The notes beneath the pieces were generated by a model. The model worked only from the letters and a program-made list of their open reading frames with translations, searched no databases and was not told the origin of the DNA. Below are positions 39,739 through 49,422 of a DNA stretch of 64,000 nucleotides, piece by piece. This DNA comes from Nemertoderma westbladi. Taxonomy: Eukaryota > Animalia > Xenacoelomorpha. Location of the stretch: contig JAUCBJ010000866.1 of the NCBI GenBank assembly GCA_032718475.1, positions 1 through 64,000 of the forward strand. Direction: 5' to 3'. Every line of letters starts with the position of its first letter. Position 1 is the first letter of the stretch. Position numbers and translations under genes: made by a program.

Positions 39739-42700
39739 TGTCGGCCACATATGACCTTCCTTCGTTTTCATCTCGTCCAGTTAATAGATCCAAAGCATCT
39801 GGTTGTGTAGATGATTGGATTGACTCTCCTGACTCCGACGACAGAAGTGACGCGCTTTTTGGTGGTCATGGTCCGATAGATTTGCAGGCTCTATTTAAGG
39901 TACCAATCGATCCATTTGATGGCTCACCCATTAAATGGCCTGGTTTTATTTCATCATTCCATGCTTTAGTGCATGATCGAATTCCAAACCACGCAATTCG
40001 TCTCTCTATTCTTAGGAATTTATTATCCCCTGAGATTCGTAATAGTGTAGCTGCTACTATAGATGACCCTACATTGTATTATGAAACATTGAGAGATATT
40101 CGCAGAATTTATGGTGATAAACATCTCATTGCTTCTAGCCATATTAAACAGCTTTTTTCTGTCCAAAATGTTAACTCAAGCGATTTCGAGTCATTAAAAT
40201 CCTTTTCGCTTAAATTGCATGGCTCAGTATCTGCTTTAGATAAATGTGGATATAAAGATGACCTTTATTCCGCAAATAATTTAAATGTTTTAGTTGACAA
40301 ATTGCCAAACCCGCTACAACATGAGTGGAGCAAAAAAGTAGTTGCAATTCAACCTGGGCGTCCGTCTTTAAAGGATTTTGATGACTGGATTTCGTATAAA
40401 GTTAGTTGTGGTCGTGCTATAGAGTCTACACTTAAAATTAGACCCAGTTCTAATACATCTCAGCCCCAGTTTAAACACAATAATAACCCTAGAATATTGC
40501 GTGAGAAATCTAAAGCAGTAACCCCTAAGTCATCTACATTTTCTCCAACAGTTCTAGCAACGGGGGGAGGACCCTCTAAGCAACTAGAAAGCGAAAAATG
40601 TAGTTGCTGCGAACTGTCCCACACTGTAGAAGATTGTGATAAATTTAAAAAATTATCCCTTGCTGAGCGTGCAGAACTAGTGCGTGAAAAGGGCATGTGC
40701 TTTGTGTGTTTAAAAACTCGGCACCGAGCAGCCGACTGTTCCATAAAGGAACCATGTAAAGCCCCATCTGGGTGTAAGAAAAGGCATCATACATTATTGC
40801 ATGATGCTCCTCCAGTTTACGGTAACTCGAAATCCTCCCGTTTCCGCTCTAAGCATGTCGGATCGACTAGCTGCGACTCTACCCCGTCTACCGTGGCGCT
40901 ACAGATTGTCCCGCTTCGTGTACGATCCTCCGCTGGCAAGGTTGTAGAAACTTTCGCCTTATTGGATCCTGGTAGTCAAATATCAGCTGTCGATCAAAAG
41001 TTAGCCAATGAGCTCGGCCTAAAAGGTAAAGAAACCTCGATTAAAATAGGCACAATCAACTCGGAAGGTAAACCAATAAAGTCTCTGTTAAGCTCCGTGG
41101 AGGTCTTGCCCACAGATGGTGATAGCTCGTTTGAAATATCTGACACCTGGGTATTACCCAAACTTAATATTACACGTCAGCGATTTGATTGGCCAAAAAT
41201 CAAGGGTTTTTGGACTCACTTACGCGATTTGAATTTACCGCGCATTGATTCGGATAAAGTGAGCGTTCTATTGGGTGCTGATGTATTTAATATTATTCGC
41301 CAGTTAGATTATAGGTCTGGTCCACCTGGTTCACCATCTGCTGTTCTTACTAATTTTGGTTGGGCTTGCACCTCGAATGTTCCGCTATTCCCATTGTGTG
41401 ATAGTGAGCGGAGAGATATTTTACATACACATGTAGAAACTACTTCAAGTGCTCGTTCGCTGGTTAATCCAAAGTCCTCAGGTAGTTTGCATGATCTCGT
41501 AGCCGAATTCTGGAGAACAGAATCATTCGGTGTTAACCCTGGTGGTGACCTACCTCTTTCTAAGAAAGATGCCTTGGCTATGGAGATGTTGAGAGACACC
41601 ACTAGTTGCATAGATGGTCGCTATGAGACTGGCCTATTGTGGCGCTCCCCGTCTGTTTATCTCCCTGATAATTACCAGTCTGCTCTTAGGCGTTTAAAGT
41701 CCACTGAGAGACGCTTAAGTCGCAATTCCTCATTAGAAGTACGCTATGACGAGATATTGCGAAGCTACACTGATAAAGGATTCGCAGTTAAAGTTCCACC
41801 AGGAGAGCTAGAGGGCCCCCCTGGTCGTGTTTGGTATTTGCCCCACCACCCAGTAATTAATCCGAATAAACCTAGTAAGATTCGAATAGTATTCGATGCC
41901 TCGGCTCGTTACCATGGTGTTTCCCTAAACGATAAACTCCTCCGTGGCCCGGATTTTCTCGCCAGTTTAGTAGGAGTCTTGTTGCGCTTTCGAGAGAAAC
42001 ATGTGGCGATTTCCGGAGACATTACTGCGATGTACCACCAAGTAGGAGTGCGGCGTGTAGACCAAGATTGTCTTCGCTTTCTCTGGGGTGGTGTTAAGCG
42101 TGATGGCCCGCCTGCGGTTTATAGGATGTTGAGACAGATTTTTGGTGCCATAGACTCCTCGTGCATCTGTTTTTACAATCTCCTTCGTACTGCTGAAGAT
42201 AACAAATCTATATTTCCAGATGTAGCCCCCAGAGTGGCTCTGTGTTTTTATGCTGACAATTATTTCGATTCATGCAATACTGAATCTGAGGCGATTGAGC
42301 GTGTATCTCAGATGAAAGCGCTTCTCTCTTTGGGGGGATGTCATCTTGGGCAGTGGGTCTCATCATCTCGCCAAGTTCTAGGTTATGTCCCTTCTTCTGA
42401 TCTTGCAGACCCTTTGTTGAATCTTGATTTGGACGAATTACCGGTTGAGAGAGCGTTGGGTGTTCAGTGGAACTGTTCGAGTGATTGTTTTGTCTTTGAG
42501 TGCAAAATTTCAGATTCTGATGCGCCCCCTAGCAGGCGGATTGTGCTTGCTAAAGTTGCCTCGCTATTTGACCCATTGGGGCTTATCTCCCCGGTTGTAT
42601 TGGTTGCCAAGGTGCTCCTTCAGGATATATGGAGGCAAGTTACATCTTGGGATACCAAATTGCCTGATAATTTAGTTCTCCGTTGGCAGTCATGGCTCAA

Positions 42701-44843
42701 AGACTTGCCCAATATTGATCAAGTGTCGATCCCTCGTTGTTTATTTAATAATAATACCTTTAATTCCAGCACTCAACTTCACTTATTTTCAGATGCTTCT
42801 GAACTTGGTTTTGGTGCTGTGGCCTACATTCGTACTGTGTATAGTTGTGGAGACATCAGTGTCTCGTTTACTATGTCTAAATCCCGTGTGGCGCCTGTGA
42901 AACAATTGTCCATCCCCAGACTTGAGCTTCAAGGCGCTATAACTTCCGTCCGACTGTCTGGACTTGTACGAAATGAACTAACTATTGAGTTTAATGATGT
43001 TTATTTTTGGGTGGATTCAGTAACTTGTTTGCGTTGGGTATTTTCGCAAAACTGCCGGTTTATGCCATTTGTTGCCCACCGTATTGGTGAGATATTGGAT
43101 ACCGCTGAGCCCCGGCAGTGGCGCTACGTACCTACTGCTGTGAACCCCGCTGATTTCTGTAGCCGTGGTATGAATGCGTCTGATTTGACACCTGATCACC
43201 CGTGGTTTTGTGGTCCCGATTTTTTGAAATTATCTGAGTCCGAGTGGCCTGATTTCCCTGTGGTTGATTTGAGACCTGATCCGGATGATTGTGAAATTAA
43301 AGTCACCTTTACTATAAGCTGTGACGTTATTTGGATATGTGAGTACATAAAACGTTTTTCTAATCTCGCACGATCTCGTATATTCCCCAATTTACAGCGG
43401 TGCATTGCCTGGATTAGCCGTTTTATATTTAATTCTCGCAATAAAGACTGCAGGTCCGGTCCTCTGTCTGTCAGTGAGCTTAACGATTCTTTAACCTTGT
43501 TAATTAAAGCTGTTCAGTCGTGTGAATACCCCAATGAATTAGGAGACCTGCGCTCAGGAAAGGAGTTGTGTTCCAGTAGTTTCTTGTTATCTCTGTCCCC
43601 TTTTCTTGATGAAAATGGTCTGCTTAGAGTTGGGGGCCGTATAAAGTCCGCAGACTTACCATATTCTACTCGTCACCCTATCATTCTTCCACACGACTCA
43701 CACTTGACTAGACTGATTATCTATGATTTGCACGAGTCTATTGTCCATGAGGGTGAGGAATACACTCTAAATGTATATCAACAGCAATACTGGTCGCCCA
43801 GAGGTCGATCCCTTGTACGTAAATTGATCAATAGGTGCACTTTCTGTAGAAAACGTAGAGCCCATCCTGAACCCCCGCTGATGGCCGCTCTCCCCCGCTC
43901 CCGTCTCTCACCCGCCACCTCTCCCTTCCTCAATGTAGGTTTGGATTTCTGTCTTCTTGCCTTCTTTGATTGCCTTCTAGGCACCTGTCTATTAACTCGT
44001 GCGGTTCACTTAGAAGTAACCCATTCGTTATATACTGATTCATTTTTATTGGCCTTCCGTCATCTGATTGCTCGCCGCGGTTCGCCCAGAATTGTCTACA
44101 GTGACAATGGTACGAACCTTGTAGCAGGTGAGAAAGAGCTCCGTGTGTGCCTTAAGGAGCTCAATCAGACAGTAATCTCTGATACTTTGTCTCAAAGAGG
44201 CATCCGTTGGGTTTTCTCCCCTCCTTCTGCACCGCACTTCGGTGGCGTATGGGAGAGACTAGTTAAATCCTCTAAGAAGGCCTTGAGAGCTGTACTCGGA
44301 AATCAGTGTGTAGGAGATGAACTGATGCATTCTGTTATAGTTGAAGTTGAACACTTGCTAAACAGCCGTCCCTTGACCCACGTCAGCGTAGATCCTGACG
44401 AACCTGAAGCTCTAACGCCGCATCATATTTTGCTTGGTAGACCAAACCCCAATCTACCTCCAGTTCTGGTTGACGATTCAGACATAAGTTCTCGTCGTCG
44501 TTGGCGCGCTACTCAGGCCTTGACTAATCAGTTCTGGTCCCGTTGGATGAGAGAGTATGTCCCGTCTCTGATTGAGAATAGGAAGTGGTTAAAGTCCCGC
44601 CGTAGCTTGTGTAAGAATGACATTGTGCTTGTCATTTTCTCTGACACACCGCGCGGTCATTGGCCCTTGGGTCGTGTTCTAGAGACCTTTCCCGGACGTG
44701 ATGGAATCGTCCGGACCGTGCGTGTGCTCGTGCGTGGTAAAGAATATACCCGTCCAGCTGTGAAAGTGTGCCTGTTGGAAGAGGCAGGCGAGGTGGGCCA
44801 CTTTGAAACTGAAAGTAAATGTAACTCTACTGTCGAGAGTTAG
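39651..44843 (+). CDS. BEL/Pao gag-pol polyprotein
   Basis: 1730-aa ORF: PFDGSPIKW gag, CX2CX4HX4C knuckles, LLDPGSQ protease, WYLPHH..RIVFDAS and FYADN RT, LFSDASE RNase H, HHCC plus SDNGTN/GGVWERLV integrase. Confidence 0.92.
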   Translation: MYRPSGQPFGRPERCPGRPIVNGPASEPVVSATYDLPSFSSRPVNRSKASGCVDDWIDSPDSDDRSDALFGGHGPIDLQALFKVPIDPFDGSPIKWPGFISSFHALVHDRIPNHAIRLSILRNLLSPEIRNSVAATIDDPTLYYETLRDIRRIYGDKHLIASSHIKQLFSVQNVNSSDFESLKSFSLKLHGSVSALDKCGYKDDLYSANNLNVLVDKLPNPLQHEWSKKVVAIQPGRPSLKDFDDWISYKVSCGRAIESTLKIRPSSNTSQPQFKHNNNPRILREKSKAVTPKSSTFSPTVLATGGGPSKQLESEKCSCCELSHTVEDCDKFKKLSLAERAELVREKGMCFVCLKTRHRAADCSIKEPCKAPSGCKKRHHTLLHDAPPVYGNSKSSRFRSKHVGSTSCDSTPSTVALQIVPLRVRSSAGKVVETFALLDPGSQISAVDQKLANELGLKGKETSIKIGTINSEGKPIKSLLSSVEVLPTDGDSSFEISDTWVLPKLNITRQRFDWPKIKGFWTHLRDLNLPRIDSDKVSVLLGADVFNIIRQLDYRSGPPGSPSAVLTNFGWACTSNVPLFPLCDSERRDILHTHVETTSSARSLVNPKSSGSLHDLVAEFWRTESFGVNPGGDLPLSKKDALAMEMLRDTTSCIDGRYETGLLWRSPSVYLPDNYQSALRRLKSTERRLSRNSSLEVRYDEILRSYTDKGFAVKVPPGELEGPPGRVWYLPHHPVINPNKPSKIRIVFDASARYHGVSLNDKLLRGPDFLASLVGVLLRFREKHVAISGDITAMYHQVGVRRVDQDCLRFLWGGVKRDGPPAVYRMLRQIFGAIDSSCICFYNLLRTAEDNKSIFPDVAPRVALCFYADNYFDSCNTESEAIERVSQMKALLSLGGCHLGQWVSSSRQVLGYVPSSDLADPLLNLDLDELPVERALGVQWNCSSDCFVFECKISDSDAPPSRRIVLAKVASLFDPLGLISPVVLVAKVLLQDIWRQVTSWDTKLPDNLVLRWQSWLKDLPNIDQVSIPRCLFNNNTFNSSTQLHLFSDASELGFGAVAYIRTVYSCGDISVSFTMSKSRVAPVKQLSIPRLELQGAITSVRLSGLVRNELTIEFNDVYFWVDSVTCLRWVFSQNCRFMPFVAHRIGEILDTAEPRQWRYVPTAVNPADFCSRGMNASDLTPDHPWFCGPDFLKLSESEWPDFPVVDLRPDPDDCEIKVTFTISCDVIWICEYIKRFSNLARSRIFPNLQRCIAWISRFIFNSRNKDCRSGPLSVSELNDSLTLLIKAVQSCEYPNELGDLRSGKELCSSSFLLSLSPFLDENGLLRVGGRIKSADLPYSTRHPIILPHDSHLTRLIIYDLHESIVHEGEEYTLNVYQQQYWSPRGRSLVRKLINRCTFCRKRRAHPEPPLMAALPRSRLSPATSPFLNVGLDFCLLAFFDCLLGTCLLTRAVHLEVTHSLYTDSFLLAFRHLIARRGSPRIVYSDNGTNLVAGEKELRVCLKELNQTVISDTLSQRGIRWVFSPPSAPHFGGVWERLVKSSKKALRAVLGNQCVGDELMHSVIVEVEHLLNSRPLTHVSVDPDEPEALTPHHILLGRPNPNLPPVLVDDSDISSRRRWRATQALTNQFWSRWMREYVPSLIENRKWLKSRRSLCKNDIVLVIFSDTPRGHWPLGRVLETFPGRDGIVRTVRVLVRGKEYTRPAVKVCLLEEAGEVGHFETESKCNSTVES

Positions 44844-44852
44844 GGCCGGCGA

Positions 44853-45319
44853 TGTTACAAACTGCCCTTAAATCCTGCTGGTTATCGCTTGGTAGTTTAG
44901 CCCATCGTTACACTAGCTTAGGTATATTAGTGCAATACATACCGTTTATGTTACACTGCTTCCCTGTAGGAAGGTTGCCCCATGGCCCTGCTTTCTGTAT
45001 CTGCCAATAGGATTTGAGTTGGTTTTGATTTTGACCTATCACAGATCTACTGAACTGATTTTCCTATCTGTATGTTCATTCTCTGTGGTAGATGAAATCA
45101 TTCATAAAATAAGGGTAGCTGGTATTCTTGTATTGTTATTCTTAGTAGAACCGATCTGGAGATACCCTATGTACTGATGTAAAACTTATTTCAATATACG
45201 TAAAACGTAACTTAACAATAATTATATCTCCGTCTTTTCAAGATTAAATAGGCCTAATGAAATAACGATCCCGACAAAACTCGAAACCACAACGCCGATT
45301 CCAAATTCTGTGGTTTGCA
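44853..45319 (+). repeat. 3' LTR (467 bp), preceded by PPT
   Basis: GAGAGTTAGGGCCGGCGA then TGTTACAA...GGTTTGCA. Confidence 0.93.
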
Positions 45320-46226
45320 GGTGAAGGAGACTCAGTGTAGCATCGGTTAGTTGAGGGGGTGAAGGGGACTCAGTGTAGCATCGGTTGTTGAGGGGTGAAG
45401 GGGACTCAGTGTAGAATCGGTTAGTTGAGGGGGTGAAGATTACTCAGTGTAGCATCGGTTAGTTGAGGGGGTGAAGGTTACTCAGTGTAGCATCGGTTGT
45501 TGAGGGGTGAAGTGGACTCAGTGTAGAATCGGTTAGTTGAGGGGGTGAAGATTACTCAGTGTAGCATCGGTTAGTTGAGGGGGTGAAGGTTACTCAGTGT
45601 AGCATCGGTTGTTGAGGGGGTGAAGGAGACTCAGTGTAGAATCGGTTAGTTGAGGGGGTGAAGGTTACTCAGTGTAGCGTCGGTTAGTTGAGGGGGTGAA
45701 GGGGACTCAGTGTAGAATCGGTTAGTTGAGGGGGTGAAGGGGACTCAGTGTAGAATCGGTTAGTTGAGGGGGTGAAGGTTACTCAGTGTAGCATCGGTTA
45801 GTTGGGATGGGTGAAGGAGACTCAGTGTAGCATCGGTTAGTTGAGGGGGTGAAGGAGACTCAGTGTAGAATCGGTTAGTTGAGGGGGTGAAGATTACTCA
45901 GTGTAGCATCGGTTAGTTGGGATGGGTGAAGGATACTCAGTGTAGCATCGGTTAGTTGGGAGGGGTGTAGGAGACTCAGTGTAGAATCGGTTAGTTGGAA
46001 GGGGTGAAGGAGACTCAGTGTAGCATCGGTTAGTTGGGAGGGGTGTAGGAGACTCAGTGTAGCATCGGTTAGTTGGAAGGGGTGAAGGTTACTCAGTGTA
46101 GCATCGGTTGTTGAGGGGGTGAAGGGGACTCAGTGTAAAATCGGTTAGTTGAGGTGGTGAAGATTACTCAGTGTAGCATCGGTTAGTTGAGGGGGTGAAG
46201 GTTACTCAGTGTAGCATCGGTTGTTG

Positions 46227-47092
46227 GACTCGAGAAGTCAAGGAAATCCTGCCAAGTACCTAACTGATCTAGACTTTGCTGATGACTTAGGAGTACTCTC
46301 AGAATCATTAGAGGGAGCCCAACGGCTCCTCAGCTCATTAGAACGTGCTGCTTCTAGTGTTGGTCTTTTTATTAACTCCAGAAAGACCAAAATTCTGACA
46401 GTTAACTTTGAAAGTCCTCAGCAAGTCTCTGATCGGATGAGCATAAGCTCAAAGGATGGTATGCTTGAGCACGTGGACGACTTCTGTTACCTGGGATCAT
46501 GGATCCGGAAGTCAGGTGAGGACCTTCGAATACGTAAGGGAAAGGCATGGGCAGCCTTGAATAGGCTTTCCAGGATTTGGAAGTCACCGAGAATTAATCG
46601 GAAACTTAAGGTCCGATTATTTAGAGCAGCAGTAGTTCCAGTACTCCTCTACGGGAGTCCATGCTGGGCTCTAACTGCTGAGGACACCAAATCTCTGGAT
46701 GGCACATTCACAAGAATGCTACGCCGGGTTCATTGTGTCAAGTACAATGCACACATCTCCAACCAGACACTATATAACATTGGAGGTGTCTCATTGGTTC
46801 CCCCAAGCTTGACACTAGAACAAAATCGCCTCCGCTTTGCAGGACATTGCTTTCGCCGTGAGGACCAGCCAGTGCATAATCTTGTACTTTGGCAGCCTCA
46901 TGGTGTGAATAAGCATGGTGGACAGCCCATGACTTTCTTGAGACGCATCTTAAAGGACACTGGCCTTAAAGATGCAGATGATCTAGCAAATGTCATGGGT
47001 GATAGGGAGTTGTGGCGGTGCAATTTTGTTGACAAGCCGGCACAGCATTCTTAAAAATGCAGCTGCAATGCAGCATGCCGATCCTAGTACTA
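46227..47092 (+). mobile_element. 5'-truncated RTE-like LINE inserted in the 39-bp array
   Basis: RT C-terminal ORF with LDFADD, YLGS, LLYGS; short TAG-like tail; 11-bp TSD ATCGGTTGTTG (46216-46226/47093-47103). Confidence 0.9.
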
Positions 47093-49054
47093 ATCGGTTG
47101 TTGAGGGGGTGAAGGAGACTCAGTGTAGCATCGGTTGTTGAGGGGGTGAAGGGGACTCAGTGTAGCATCGGTTAGTTGAGGGGGTGAAGATTACTCAGTG
47201 TAGCATCGGTTAGTTGAGGGGGTGAAGGAGACTCAGTGTAGAATCGGTTAGTTGAGGGGTGAAGGTGACTCAGTGTAGCATCGGTTGTTGGTGAAGATTA
47301 CTCAGTGTAGCATCGGTTGTTGAGGGGGTGAAGGAGACTCAGTGTAGCATCGGTTAGTTGAGGGGGTGAAGGAGACTCAGTGTAGAATCGGTTAGTTGAG
47401 GGGTGAAGGTGACTCAGTGTAGCATCGGTTGTTGGTGAAGATTACTCAGTGTAGCATCGGTTAGTTGAGGGGGTGAAGGGGACTCAGTGTAGCATCGGTT
47501 AGTTGAGGGGGTGAAGGAGACTCAGTGTAGAATCGGTTAGTTGAGGGGTGAAGGTGACTCAGTGTAGCATCGGTTGTTGGTGAAGATTACTCAGTGTAGC
47601 ATCGGTTGTTGAGGGGGTGATATAGAATTATATTCTCATAAATGCCGTGGATTTTCAAAATTTTATTTTGTTCGAATTAACTTTGCTATAAAGATTACAT
47701 TAAGTCCTCATTTGTATTTACTATATCTATTTGTACGATGATTATTCAAGTGGTTCAGTAGCTCAGGCAGAATACCTAAGGACTGTGGTAAATCTAAGGT
47801 TGAGAGTAGGCTAGAGCTAAGGTCGCGAGTAGCGTGGAGGTGAGGAAGGGAGTAGCTTGCTTAGGTGGATGGTAGGAAAAACCCGGCTTTCTATTGGCTG
47901 TTATAAATAGCTTACATAGTTTAAACTATATAGTAGTTCCCCTGGTTGAGGATATGGGAAATCATGTACTGGGATAGGCTGCTAAGTTAACCTAGCAAAA
48001 CAACTAAACTTTTAATTAATTATTGATTACAGGCAAGGATTTGGAAGGAATTTTTTACTTTCATCAAAGGATTGCGTTTAATTAAACGAGTATCAGTTAA
48101 TCGTGTTATATTGACAAATAAATTATCATATTACAAATATATTATCTAGTTTTCTAGACTTATGAGTAAATAATAAACTTTCTATAATATGTCATGACTT
48201 CAAATGCATCCACGAATACCGTGTTTTGATAAGGGAATTAGCAAAGGAGACCTGCCATTTAGCGGGGGGGGGGGGGGGGGGGGGGGTCATTTTTGGGGGT
48301 TTTAGAGCATGTAGTTGTATTCCTAGGTTTTTGTACTACATGGTGTTGATCGTGTGGGTGGACCACCGAACAGTTGCGAATTTTAGACTAAAGAAGACAA
48401 TTGTTTAAAATTTATTGTTTATTTGGAAATCCGATACTCACATTGCACATATAGAGTAAGATATACAGTATATTGTATAATTGCAATATTAAAAGTTAAG
48501 TTACAATAATACTTTGGACAATGGTGTGGCTAGTACTATATAGCCCAATGTATTGTCTGGGAGTGCCGGGCAGGTAGGGGTGGTGTGCAGTGCTTGCAAA
48601 AAAAAAAGGGGGGGGGGGGGGGGTATTACTATTATGTGAATTGTGAGGTGTGAGATTGTTACTGTTGTTGCTGATAGGGAAATAATTAATTATCCTAAGT
48701 TAATCTCCAGCGCAATCAATTGTTTCACTGGAGTTCCGATGCTGATCCAGGTATATAAAACTAAACTAATGAGTCGAGATAGGAAATACATAAAATATAA
48801 AATATTGGATGGAAAAGGTTATGGAAAATTGGTAAGATCTATGTTTTATTGATTGTTTACAGTGTACTTTAATTTAATATTTTAGAAGGTGACCTATTTC
48901 GAAAAGGGTACTGTATTTTAGATTTTTTATGTTTTACGTCAGCAGAGGAATCAGAGTTCCATATCGTTGGCCCTGAAAAATAATTATTACTGTTTGGAAA
49001 TTATTGGAAAAATAATGGATCTTTGAGATGAGCAATGACCATATCCTTGCCTTA

Positions 49055-49422
49055 AGGCCTGTTTACACGTGGCAACTTTTAGAGCAACTTTATCGGCAAC
49101 TAGTAGAGCAAACCAGGTTGCCGATCAAGTTGCTCCGTGTAAACACGTAAAAAAGTTGCCGTAAAAAAAGTTGCTCAACTTTTAAGGCAACTTGAAGGAA
49201 TTTGCGTTGGCGAATTAAAGCGGGATAATCAAATTAAATTATCAAAAACTAGCTAGTAGATAAAATGACCCACTATTTTACAGTTAAACTGGCTCTAAAA
49301 GTTGCCGGCCATGTTGCTGGTAAAGTTGCCACGTGTAAACAGCGATTAAATTAAGTTGCTCCAAGAAACGTTGCTAGTTGCCGAGAAAGTTGATCTAAAA
49401 GTTTCCACGTGTAAACAGACCT
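49055..49422. mobile_element. PIF/Harbinger (Tourist-like) MITE, 368 bp
   Basis: about 49-bp imperfect TIRs AGGCCTGTTTACACGTGGCAACTTTT.../...AAAAGTTTCCACGTGTAAACAGACCT; TTA TSD on both sides; internal gttgc/gcaac subrepeats. Confidence 0.88.

Larger units (their letters stand above)
36959..45319 (+). mobile_element. BEL/Pao LTR retrotransposon with duplicated 3' pol segment at its 5' end
   Basis: TG...CA ends, 5-bp TSD GGTGA (36954-36958/45320-45324), two LTRs, PBS, PPT, and gag-PR-RT-RH-IN order with BEL-type triple Zn knuckle. Confidence 0.92.
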
